From contig NC_068984.1 in the NCBI RefSeq assembly GCF_001194135.2, positions 81,011,873 to 81,053,645 of the forward strand: DNA of 41,773 nt, written 5' to 3'. The position numbers and the translations under genes were made by a program. Of the stretch, positions 24,220-35,127 are shown one piece after another; the first letter of the stretch is position 1; each line of letters opens with the position of its first letter. The notes under the pieces were generated by a model. That model searched no databases, was not told the origin of the DNA, and saw nothing but the letters and a program-made list of their open reading frames with translations. The DNA comes from Octopus bimaculoides (Eukaryota).

Positions 24220-24395
24220 CTTCTGATGGATTGTACCTGTAATTCAAAGGTGCAGGCATGTCACACACTGTATCACACTGGTTACGCTTGAATTAAGGGT
24301 AGTTAAGTGTACAATTGACTGTGGAATACTCACCAATTCAATGAACAGGAATTTCAGTCGATCGAACAACTACTCATCATTGAAACTGATGGAGA
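24220..24395 (+). mobile_element. SINE family C body fragment
   Basis: tgtacctgtaattcaaagg...ctgtggaatactca...tcgatcgaacaact aligns with about 5730-5870. Confidence 0.65.
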
Positions 24396-24449
24396 TCGAT
24401 TAATTTAATGGTTATACTTTGGTCAATTCAATTCGCAATAATAAACATC

Positions 24450-24850
24450 CTGAGCCGGACAAAATGGTAAGCGATAATTCTTTCGGCTTTATGTGCTGAG
24501 TTCAAATCCCGCGAGGTTGACTTCACCTTTTATTCTTTCGGTTCGATAAAATAAATTCCAGTTGAGCACTGGGGTCGATTATAGTTTTTGTGCCTATAAT
24601 AGAAAGTATTATTATTATAATAATGTATTGTATTTGTTATATTAAACATATAATAATGGTAGAATTAATTGTCATTATAACTATTTAGGCGGCGAGCTGA
24701 CAAAATCGGTAAAGTATGGGAAAATTGCTTCACGGTATTTGTCTCGGCTCTTTACATTCTGGAGTCAATTTTATCTTTCGTTGTTTCGGGTTGGATAAAA
24801 TAAAATACCATTCAAGTACTAGGGGGATGGTTTCGACTGCCCATCTCCTT
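24450..24850 (+). mobile_element. Two degenerate SINE family A copies (about 24450-24600, 24686-24850)
   Basis: Recognisable head and body motifs. Confidence 0.75.
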
Positions 24851-25054
24851 TAGAACAAACCTCTCCAGAACAAACTCACTTTATGACACCCACTCCAGGA
24901 CAAAAGCCACTTAAACAACTCCATCACGCTTAAAATAAGAGGTCAAACTTCACTTCGATAACATTAAAACCCAAATAATTGTTTTTTCGGAATATTTCGA
25001 AGTACACACGCAAAGTTATAAATAATATGTATATATTGGGTTGGAAAAGATGAA

Positions 25055-25128
25055 GGCTACTCGTGGGACTCGAACCCACATCTCTTGTAGACATAACTGG
25101 CATTCTACTATTGTACCAAAAACGATCC
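25055..25128 (-). ncRNA. tRNA-like sequence (degenerate cloverleaf), probably not a decoding tRNA
   Basis: A box tggtacaatag. T arm GTGGG-TTCGAGT-CCCAC. Acceptor and anticodon stems degenerate. Homolog of 25318-25390. Confidence 0.6.
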
Positions 25129-25317
25129 TTCGAGTTTCTTTATCCATTTTATTAGCCTTATTCTTTCCAGTGAGAAATGTACGATTTTAATGTCATAAGA
25201 ATTTTATAAACTTTCGAGAGTATGTGAACTAATTCTTTTTTGGAATATCTCAAAGCACACACATACAGTTCTCACTGCTAAACATGAAGTTATTAAAATC
25301 GAACTCGTGTTTCAAAG

Positions 25318-25390
25318 GATTGCTTTGGTACAATGGCAGAACCCCTGTAACGTCTGCAGGTGATGTAGGTTCGAAACCTACAGGCAATCT
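25318..25390 (+). ncRNA. tRNA-like cloverleaf with non-canonical anticodon loop
   Basis: Acceptor ATTGCTT/AGGCAAT, A box TGGTACAATGG, anticodon stem CCTGT/GCAGG around loop AACGTCT (no U33 or R37), T arm GTAGG-TTCGAAA-CCTAC. Confidence 0.7.
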
Positions 25391-26139
25391 TCGACCCCAT
25401 TTTTTGTCCTTTTTTTTTTCAATCCAATATTTGCAGGCTATTATTTATGGCTTTATGTGTGTGTTTTGACATATTCTAAAAAAAGAATTAGTTCAAGGTC
25501 TCTTGAGAACTTATAAAATCCTAATGACATCCCAAACCCAAATATTTGTATCTAGCATTTTTTCACAACCAACGGAGCACGAAGCGCTCTTTCCGAACGC
25601 AGGTTCGTGAGATGGTTGTGTTCTGTAAACAGTTTTGAGCAGGAACTGGAAAGAGAAGTATGAACAAGCAATGCACATATGCACACTGAATTCGTAAAAC
25701 TGAAGAGAAGAATAAAAAACACAATGCGCATGTTAAAATAAAACAGAAAAGAAGAATAAAACATGTTATATGATGGTCTGCATGCTTCCTTCTGACACCA
25801 CTATCATGCAGCTTTGCTGTAATTTTCTTGCTAAAGATGAAAAAAAGTTATTAAAAAGACTAAATAATTAATTCATTGATTATTTAATTTTAGCAGTCAG
25901 CTGTGAGAGCACCGGTGAAACGAAATCTTTCAACTGCCCCGAATGTTAGAAGCAATTAGCTAAGTAAGGTAATCTGATTACGTTAATTAGGTGAGTATTA
26001 CATAAGAGTACAATAGCGAAGGGATTACAACAATTGTACTATTCTCTACATTATAATCTGATTTCGAAATATGCCTGGCTATTTTACAAGAGTACAAAAT
26101 TGTTTACACATTCATAACATTGCAAAATTAAACAAAAGA

Positions 26140-26278
26140 ATCTTGCTTTACAACCACATGGTTTCGGGTTCGGTTCTATGGCACGGCCCATTGCACATGT
26201 GTCTTCTATTATAGTCTTGTGCCAACCGATGTCTTGTGAGTGAATTTCGCAGATAGAAACTGTGTGGAAGCCCATATA
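26140..26278 (+). mobile_element. SINE family B, 5' part, degenerate
   Basis: accacatggtttcgggttc...gtgtcttctattatag...gaagcccatata. Confidence 0.75.
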
Positions 26279-26450
26279 ATATAAAGATCTTTATAATTTA
26301 CTGTTTAATGGTTGAACTTGAAGAAGAAAGTTATATATAATAGCGTGTAAATATTTATAGTTTTGTCTTTTTAAAATTTCGAGTTCAACCGTTATAAATG
26401 ACTTATTTCATCTCTCAAAGTTTCAAAATATTTATGACATCAACAACGTT

Positions 26451-26451
<1 letters not shown>

Positions 26452-26532
<81 letters not shown>

Positions 26533-26543
26533 TCTCTCTCTCT
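26452..26543. repeat. (CT)n microsatellite
   Basis: Direct inspection. Confidence 0.95.
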
Positions 26544-26699
26544 GTGCGTGTCAGACACCGCTTGGAAATCGGCGTTCGTTTATTTGAATCCCCGTAATCT
26601 AATGTTTTGGCAAGAGACTGATGAAATATAAAATTTTACAAAACAAGTGCTAAACCTTTAATGGTTATACTTTAGTCAATTCAATTAGCAATAATAAAC

Positions 26700-26850
26700 A
26701 TCCTGAGCCGGACAAAATGGTTAGCAATATTTCTTTCGGCTTTATGTGATGAGTTCAAATCCCGCTAGGTTGACTTCCCCTTTTATTGTTTCGGCTAAAC
26801 CCTTCAATGTGATGCTCCAGCATGACCACAGTCCAATGACTAACACAAGT
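26700..26850 (+). mobile_element. SINE A fragment joined to a SINE B 3' end
   Basis: The A body ends at ttcggc and continues as aaacccttcaatgtgatgctccagcatg...acaagtaaaa (B tail). Confidence 0.65.
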
Positions 26851-28754
26851 AAAAAGTAAAAAATAACAGGTGACACCGCACAGTACCAATCGATGTTTAG
26901 TTCCTTTCAAAGTTGATGTTTTTCTGCCCCTTGACGATATATCCTACGTTATACAAAATTCCTCCATAGTCTTCCTTTCATTCACCTAAACCAGACACAG
27001 GCTATTCAAATCCTCTCTCGTAATAGTTCAATCCTGATGGAAAAGGTCTTTTGTTCGATGAGGTTTCGTCAGGACTCCGACCGTGACAACAAAACATTAC
27101 TGAAGACAGAAAATAAATAGAAACTACATAAGAATTTTGTACGGAAGTTTGCCGAGGTAACAATCTAAAGACACGAATATTTTTTGTTAAGTTTTAACAT
27201 TAAAGGTTTTATATCGCATCAATGTTCATACGTGTTTTGGAGGGCTTTGAAATGACTACATTATTCAATGTAACCTCTCTTTATATACGACAGTTGAGTA
27301 TATTTTGAGGGAGATTTAGTTACTGTTTTTACCAGGCCAAACGACAACGTATAGGTATCCTCATTGGTTTGAACAACCACCACCACCAACGCCACCTACA
27401 CCATAAAAAAAAAAGCCCGCAGCAGCAACAGCATTCGGATGGTAAAACCAAGGAAACTGGTTTTTAGCAAGATTTCATTTTATGACTCGCCTTGTTATTT
27501 ACAAACAGGTATACATGTAGAAAATAAGAGAGTGAACGAGATTGGGTGTTGTTCTCGAACATATTTTCTTATGAATAATATAAATGGTACGATGTTATCT
27601 GCGGAAGATTTGGTTGCTATTTATAGTGATCGAAAGAACACATAGTCTCCATAGTTGTTAACACCATATCTTGAGATAATTTCTGATTGGGCAGACTTGA
27701 TCAAAGACCTATCCGCCGTAGCCATTTCATCCTTTTTTGTGCAATGAATATATACCTGAACAGCATTACCCAAAATGTTCTAAGGACTATGTAAGTAATG
27801 TCCAGTTGGCTCGAGATTGAGTGTTTGTGAATACATGCATCTTTGTATCTTTTTCTTTGAGTGTAAATATATGTACCTGTGTTTTATTAAGCGTATTCTC
27901 AACGTCATTAATATCATTTCTACTATAGTCACGAGGTCTATATCAACACCATTAATACCAAACTTAAAGTGCTGTGACGTTTGAGTAATAAAATGACTGC
28001 GCAACCGTAATCAAGTGGTTTCGAGACATTAAAAACAAAGGCGCTTGCAAATGGGCCTTTGATTTTTACCCATCCACATCGAAATTCATCCCCTAAAAGC
28101 TACCAATAATCAATAAGGACTCATATTTCAAGCCTAGTGCGATTAAGGCTTTACTTATCGCTCTTTCGTACCTATAAAAGTCCGATTTATGGTTGTGGGT
28201 ATCATCGACTACCTTACTTAGAAATATGATTTCTATACAATGTATTGCCTTGTTTTTTAAGTGATACACATTCAAAACAAGTGTGTATGCGTGTGTTTTA
28301 TGTAAACACTAGCCAAAACGCCACCCTCGGGAGGAAGACTTTTACTTTTGCTCTAACGGGGAGCTGTTGGACCTTCGGCTTAAAGTAAGAATGTAAGATT
28401 GAAGAACCTATAAAAAAAGTCTTAGATCTGTCGATTTTCGGTGATTGTCACTCGATATCATACAGTTCAAGACCAGCCAATTTTCCTTGACCCTTTGGAT
28501 CATAAACTCGCTGATCTTGGGTTTTATACATAGCTTCTCTGATCCGTCAATTCTCGCTGATTTGTCGAGTCAAAACATCACTCGATCTTCTGGAGCCTTA
28601 ATACCGCTAATTTTTAAAATGTTCAGTATAAAACTCCGCTCGAATATATCGAGTTAAAATTTCCTTGTATTTTTTTCTCACCTCTTTGCTGGAATTCACC
28701 GATTTTCGTTATCCTGGATTTTGATTTTCTATTATACAATATATAGTTTCTTCT

Positions 28755-28944
28755 CAAGGCGGCATTCTGGTAGAAGCGTTAACACGCCTGCCGAAATACG
28801 TATCGGTATTTCGTCTATCTTTACGTTCTGAATTCAAATTCCACCAAGCTCGACTTTGCCTTTCATCCTTTCGGGGTCGATAAATTAAGTACCAGTTGCG
28901 TACTGGAGTCAATCTAATCGACTGGCCCTCTGCCCCAAAATTTC
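28755..28944 (+). mobile_element. SINE family A
   Basis: Head and body motifs; runs into a 10-N gap. Confidence 0.85.
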
Positions 28945-29121
28945 NNNNNNNNNNCTATTCCGTTATCGTGCTTGATCTAAAAGTTAACATAGATTAAGAC
29001 GGCAGCGTTTCTGCTTATGATTCATAACATTTTCAACAACTTAATAAAGTGAAGGGGATGTTGAAAAGAATCCAGAGTTTATTTCCTATATCTAGATTGA
29101 AACTACGTATTCTTTCGTTTA

Positions 29122-29932
29122 CGTGGTCTGATCAATAAGTATCCGGACTGTTACCAGAGTAAAGCCGCTTGGTACAGATTGACGTTGAATAATGCTGTGC
29201 GTGCGCACTAAGTTTTAATGTTCCAGCTCACTTTCACTATTTACAGCAGTGCTTGGAAGGAAGATGTGCAGCATGTGATCGTCGCATTGGCTATGGCAGA
29301 GAAAGTTGAGCAGAGACACTGCATTAAACTTTGCTCTCGACACAATCAAGGAGATCTTGTGCAACTGAAATCCAAGTGTCTTCTTGGTCAGCTGAAAGCA
29401 GTTTTGGCACCAACTTGACAGGCACACGTCTCATACCCAAATCTTCAGTGATAATGGACTGAACTGAACCGTAACTAATCTGCACATCCTCTGATAACTC
29501 ACGGATGGGGATTCGACGATTTCTCCTCACAGCTGCACGCACATTTGCGATCTTTTTCTAAGTTCTGCTGGTTGCGGATCTCCCAGAACGTTCATCAATA
29601 TCGACATTTTTCGGCCATCTTGGAAACGTCTGAACCACTCGTACACTTGTGTGTGGCTCATACACTCTTCTCCATATACTTTCTGTAACATTGCGCTGGC
29701 CTCTGAGCAGGTATCGCCATGACAACTTACTCTGTCATGTTCAATGCGACAATCACACGCTACACACCTTCCTTCCAAGCACTGCTGTAAACAGCGGAAG
29801 TGAACTAAAAGGTTAAAACTTAGTGCACATGCACAGCAGAGTCCAAGGTCAATCTGGTTCAAGTGGTTTCACTCTGTGTGCTTTAGCTTCGTTACTATGG
29901 CTACAGACCGGATACTTATTGATCAGACCTCA
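29122..29932 (-). mobile_element. Non-autonomous mariner derivative, TA TSD
   Basis: TIRs cgtggtctgatcaataagtatccggactg and its inverted copy. TA at 29120-29121 and 29933-29934. Minus strand encodes a mariner N-terminus (GDTCSEASAMLQKVYGEECMSHTQVYEWFRRF; IRELSEDVQISYGSVQSIITEDLGMRRVPVKLVPKLL). No DDD domain. Confidence 0.9.
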
Positions 29933-29971
29933 TATATTTAATAAGTCCAGTATTTACAGTATTCTTACTTC

Positions 29972-30190
29972 TTTATTGCCCACAAGGGGCTAAACGCAGA
30001 GGGGACAAACAAGGACAGACAAAGGGATTAAGTCGATTATATCGACCCCAGTGCGTAACTGGTACTTATTTGATAGATTCCGAAAGGATAAAAGGCAAAG
30101 TCGACCTCGGCGGAATTTGAACTCAGAACATAAAGACAGACGAAATGCCGCTAAACATTTCGCCCGGCATACTAACGTTTCTGCCAGCTC
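29972..30190 (-). mobile_element. SINE family A, full length, tail as at 23865-24097
   Basis: attgcccacaaggggctaaacgcagaggggacaaacaaggacagacaaa is the reverse complement of that tail. Confidence 0.9.
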
Positions 30191-30227
30191 AGTTCTTTTT
30201 TAACTTATTTCTTTCTCTCTCTCTCTA

Positions 30228-30286
<59 letters not shown>

Positions 30287-30337
30287 NNNNNNNNNNNNNN
30301 NNNNNNNNNNNNNNNNNNNNNNNNNNNNNNNNNNNNN

Positions 30338-30380
<43 letters not shown>

Positions 30381-30391
30381 GTATGTATGTA

Positions 30392-30545
30392 TATACGACG
30401 AGCTTCTTTTAGTTTCCGTCTACCAAATCCACTCACAAGGCTTTGGTCGACCCGAGGCCATGGTAGAAGGCACTTGCCCAAAGTGTCACGCAGTGGGACT
30501 GAACCCAGAACCACGTGGTTGGTAAGCAAGACACCACACAGCCAC
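30392..30545 (-). mobile_element. SINE family B, 5' part, followed by (TCTA)(TCTG)(TATG) repeats to about 30680
   Basis: Aligns with 12075-12238. Confidence 0.85.
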
Positions 30546-30549
30546 CTAC

Positions 30550-30581
<32 letters not shown>

Positions 30582-30596
30582 GTCTGTCTGTCTGTA

Positions 30597-30627
<31 letters not shown>

Positions 30628-30779
30628 GTGTCTGTCTGTCTGTCTGTCTGTCTGTATGTATGTATGTATGTATGTATATATAATCTCTACATATTTATTT
30701 TTTCCCTTCATGATTTTGTTCTTCCATTTGTTTTTTTTTACCTCTGGACACTTTCTGTCAATATATATATATACTTAGT

Positions 30780-31030
30780 CCAAATTTACCGAAAACAAAA
30801 GACGAAGACAGGTGAGAGAACAACTAGCAAGTGTATTAGTTTGACGCTCGGGAAGAATGGAATAATCTTTGACGTTTCGAGCCTACGATCTTTGACAGAA
30901 AGGGTTCAGAGGGGGAAAAAATAGAAAGAGAACAAAAACATGGAGGGAAAAAATAAATGTTTAGAGATTAACGGTTCAACGTGATGAAATGACCGGGAGA
31001 GGCTGAGTGAAAGGGAGATAATACTGGTGA
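30780..31030 (-). mobile_element. Penelope-like LTR remnant with hammerhead-like motif
   Basis: Minus strand at 30868-30902 reads cttt-ctgtcaaa-gatcgtaggctc-gaaacgtc-aaag. GAAACGTC is the signature of minimal Penelope-type hammerheads. Boundaries are approximate. Confidence 0.5.
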
Positions 31031-31404
31031 ACCAGCTGAGTTTGAGTGTGCAAGTGCGTGTGTGTATGTGAGCCTAATGTGTGTGTTAGCGTGTATGTGT
31101 GAATGGGGCGAGCACGTGTGAATGTACGTGGAGACGAGCTTAAAATTATGAGCTCGTGTGTGCGTATTGTTGCGTGTGTGTGTATGCGCATAAGTAACTC
31201 TGTGCGTGCATTATGCGGAGTGATGTGTTTCGTGTATTTATTTGTGTGTGCGTATGGACGTGTGTGTATGTATGTGAGGTTGTGTATAGTATGTGCATGT
31301 GTGTATTGTGTGTGTATGTGTGTGTGTGTGTGTGTGTGCGCGTGCGTGTGTACAAACGCTTATGTGTAGCAGCTAATGTGTTTGAGTGATGTGTGTACAG
31401 TCGC

Positions 31405-31557
31405 ACTGCGTGCTACCTTGGGCAAGTACCATCTACTTTAGCCTCGGGCCGACCACCGCCTTATAAGTGATTTGGTAGACGAAAACTGAAAGAAGCCCGT
31501 CGTATATAATAAATATGTATGTGCGTGTGTGTGATTGTGTGTGTGTTATTGTGTGTA

Positions 31558-31644
<87 letters not shown>

Positions 31645-31805
31645 CTCCACCACTTGACAACGGCAAAAGAGAGCGGTAGAATATGTACCAGGTTTAAAAC
31701 AAAACTAAAAGAAACACCGGGTTCGATTCTTTCGGCTAAAATTATCCAAGGAGGTGCCCCAGCATGGCAGCAGGCTAATGATTGAAACAAGTAATAGATA
31801 AAAGA
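31405..31805 (+). mobile_element. SINE family B lacking the head, with expanded internal (TG)n
   Basis: cactgcgtgctaccttgggcaagt...gaagcccgtcgtata-(TG)n-...ccccagcatggc...gaaacaagta. Confidence 0.9.
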
Positions 31806-32239
31806 TAACTTTATTTGATTTTTGTGTAAGAAAAATAAAAGAATTAAAAAAGATTTTTTTTAAAATTGAAATTTAAACATGCAGGTACTCAAACTTTGTC
31901 TAACTGAAAAGAGAGAGTCCCAACTTTAATAGCAAATTCACTACCAGAGGCAAAATACTAGAGATAGTATGTTGGAAAACGAAATACAAAATGGAAGACA
32001 AACTTCAATTTGAAAAACGAAGACAGCAAATCCTGTGTGAAGGAATTTATGCCAGATTCTATTAAAATTTCGGTTGAATGCTAACCCCAGTATTTCTTCT
32101 GCTCTCTCACCCCGTCCCATGTGTCGCCGTTCTTTTCTTTTCCTCCCACTTTTTCTGTTTCTTTTTTTCATTGTATTCTATATTCCATGACGGGATTTTC
32201 TGTTCCAAATCCATTTCCCCAATCACATCACCGCACTCC

Positions 32240-32620
32240 TACTACCATTACAACTAGAACTACTACTACTACCACTACTACTAGCTTTATTGAATCTGTT
32301 TTTGCTTCTCTTTTTTCCCTCTATCACCCCCACCATCACCATCCCCACCATGGCATCTCTCAAGTCTTGTTCTCATCCTATTTACCCTTCTTACTCCGTC
32401 TCTTTCGTCTAACTAGCAGTTCTCTGTTGTCATCACAACCACAACCATAACCATCATAAACTCATCCCCCCACCACGGTCGCCACCATCACTAGCACTAT
32501 CACCCCCACCCCCACCACCACCACCACTACCACTACCACCACTATCCTCATTACAACAACAACACAACCACCACCACCACCACCACGCAGAATAACAAAC
32601 GACCCTATTATTACCGTCAC
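32240..32620. repeat. (CAC)/(CTA)/(CAT) trinucleotide-rich tract
   Basis: Direct inspection. Confidence 0.85.
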
Positions 32621-33473
32621 NNNNNNNNNNNNNNNNNNNNNNNNNNNNNNNNNNNNNNNNNNNNNNNNNNNNNNNNNNNNNNNNNNNNNNNNNNNNNNNN
32701 NNNNNNNNNNNNNNNNNNNNNNNNNNNNNNNNNNNNNNNNNNNNNNNNNNNNNNNNNNNNNNNNNNNNNNNNNNNNNNNNNNNNNNNNNNNNNNNNNNNN
32801 NNNNNNNNNNNNNNNNNNNNNNNNNNNNNNNNNNNNNNNNNNNNNNNNNNNNNNNNNNNNNNNNNNNNNNNNNNNNNNNNNNNNNNNNNNNNNNNNNNNN
32901 NNNNNNNNNNNNNNNNNNNNNNNNNNNNNNNNNNNNNNNNNNNNNNNNNNNNNNNNNNNNNNNNNNNNNNNNNNNNNNNNNNNNNNNNNNNNNNNNNNNN
33001 NNNNNNNNNNNNNNNNNNNNNNNNNNNNNNNNNNNNNNNNNNNNNNNNNNNNNNNNNNNNNNNNNNNNNNNNNNNNNNNNNNNNNNNNNNNNNNNNNNNN
33101 NNNNNNNNNNNNNNNNNNNNNNNNNNNNNNNNNNNNNNNNNNNNNNNNNNNNNNNNNNNNNNNNNNNNNNNNNNNNNNNNNNNNNNNNNNNNNNNNNNNN
33201 NNNNNNNNNNNNNNNNNNNNNNNNNNNNNNNNNNNNNNNNNNNNNNNNNNNNNNNNNNNNNNNNNNNNNNNNNNNNNNNNNNNNNNNNNNNNNNNNNNNN
33301 NNNNNNNTATATATATATATATATATATATCATGTCTACATGTGTTCATTTACTTTTCTACTTGTATGTGTGTGTGTGTCTGTGTCTGTGTGTGTGTGTG
33401 TGTGCGCGCGCGCGTGTGTGCGTGCTTGTGCGTATGTATGAGTATGTGTGTGTGTGTATGTATTAGCAAACTT

Positions 33474-33676
33474 GGATCTTGTTAAATTTCTTCCAACGAC
33501 TTGAAGTATTTCAAATTTCCATCAGATTATTTTCAAAAACATGTAGCTGTGCATGCTGATGATGAAAATTGCATTTATTTTTTATTTCTAGAAATTAATA
33601 ACAAAAAAATTACATTTTGAAAAAAGAATTGAAAATTTAAAATACTCTGGCTGTTCGAAGGAATTTAACAAGATCC
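33474..33676. mobile_element. 203-bp GGATCT-terminated MITE
   Basis: About 24-bp TIRs ggatcttgttaaatt(t/c)ctt. Flanks do not form a TSD. Confidence 0.7.
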
Positions 33677-35127
33677 GAAAGCAATCGCTGTGAATGTAAA
33701 TTATAAAAATGTAAGCATGTTACTTCTATTACTACAAATCTTTCGATGTACGGAAAAAAATGAGTTGTGAAGACCCTCGCCTCGACACAACCGTTTCTCA
33801 GCTTGTTTGTAGCTCTTCAGAGAAGACGTACACGATTTCGTTCCCAATCGATAGCACAGTACATTCAACTCCTATATAAAGTTGTCAGGTACTTTAGGAA
33901 TAAGCATAACATAGCTTAATTTATATAGTTGCTCAATTATATGTATGTATGTATGTCTGACTGTCTGTATAGATGTATATATGTATGTACACACCTATGT
34001 CTGTATCGAAATCTTATATATAGCAACCGTACTGGTTGCTGTGTCCTGTTTATTGCATTTGTATTTGTGTAACATTTCTGCTTTTTTTTTTTCCGTCCTT
34101 GTTTTCGTATACATTCGTTGCTTTCTTNNNNNNNNNNNNNNNNNNNNNNNNNNNNNNNNNNNNNNNNNNNNNNNNNNNNNNNNNNNNNNNNNNNNNNNNN
34201 NNNNNNNNNNNNNNNNNNNNNNNNNNNNNNNNNNNNNNNNNNNNNNNNNNNNNNNNNNNNNNNNNNNNNNNNNNNNNNNNNNNNNNNNNNNNNNNNNNNN
34301 NNNNNNNNNNNNNNNNNNNNNNNNNNNNNNNNNNNNNNNNNNNNNNNNNNNNNNNNNNNNNNNNNNNNNNNNNNNNNNNNNNNNNNNNNNNNNNNNNNNN
34401 NNNNNNNNNNNNNNNNNNNNNNNNNNNNNNNNNNNNNNNNNNNNNNNNNNNNNNNNNNNNNNNNNNNNNNNNNNNNNNNNNNNNNNNNNNNNNNNNNNNN
34501 NNNNNNNNNNNNNNNNNNNNNNNNNNNNNNNNNNNNNNNNNNNNNNNNNNNNNNNNNNNNNNNNNNNNNNNNNNNNNNNNNNNNNNNNNNNNNNNNNNNN
34601 NNNNNNNNNNNNNNNNNNNNNNNNNNNNNNNNNNNNNNNNNNNNNNNNNNNNNNNNNNNNNNNNNNNNNNNNNNNNNNNNNNNNNNNNNNNNNNNNNNNN
34701 NNNNNNNNNNNNNNNNNNNNNNNNNNNNNNNNNNNNNNNNNNNNNNNNNNNNNNNNNNNNNNNNNNNNNNNNNNNNNNNNNNNNNNNNNNNNNNNNNNNN
34801 NNNNNNNNNNNNNNNNNNNNNNNNNNNNNNNNNNNNNNNNNNNNNNNNNNNNNNNNNNNNNNNNNNNNNNNNNNNNNNNNNNNNNNNNNNNNNNNNNNNN
34901 NNNNNNNNNNNNNNNNNNNNNNNNNNNNNNNNNNNNNNNNNNNNNNNNNNNNNNNNNNNNNNNNNNNNNNNNNNNNNNNNNNNNNNNNNNNNNNNNNNNN
35001 NNNNNNNNNNNNNNNNNNNNNNNNNNNNNNNNNNNNNNNNNNNNNNNNNNNNNNNNNNNNNNNNNNNNNNNNNNNNNNNNNNNNNNNNNNNNNNNNNNNN
35101 NNNNNNNNNNNNNNNNNNNNNNNNNNN

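Noticed and set aside
25552-25650. Minus-strand acceptor cttctctttccag with a short frame
   Set aside because: No donor, and none of the three frames is recognisable.
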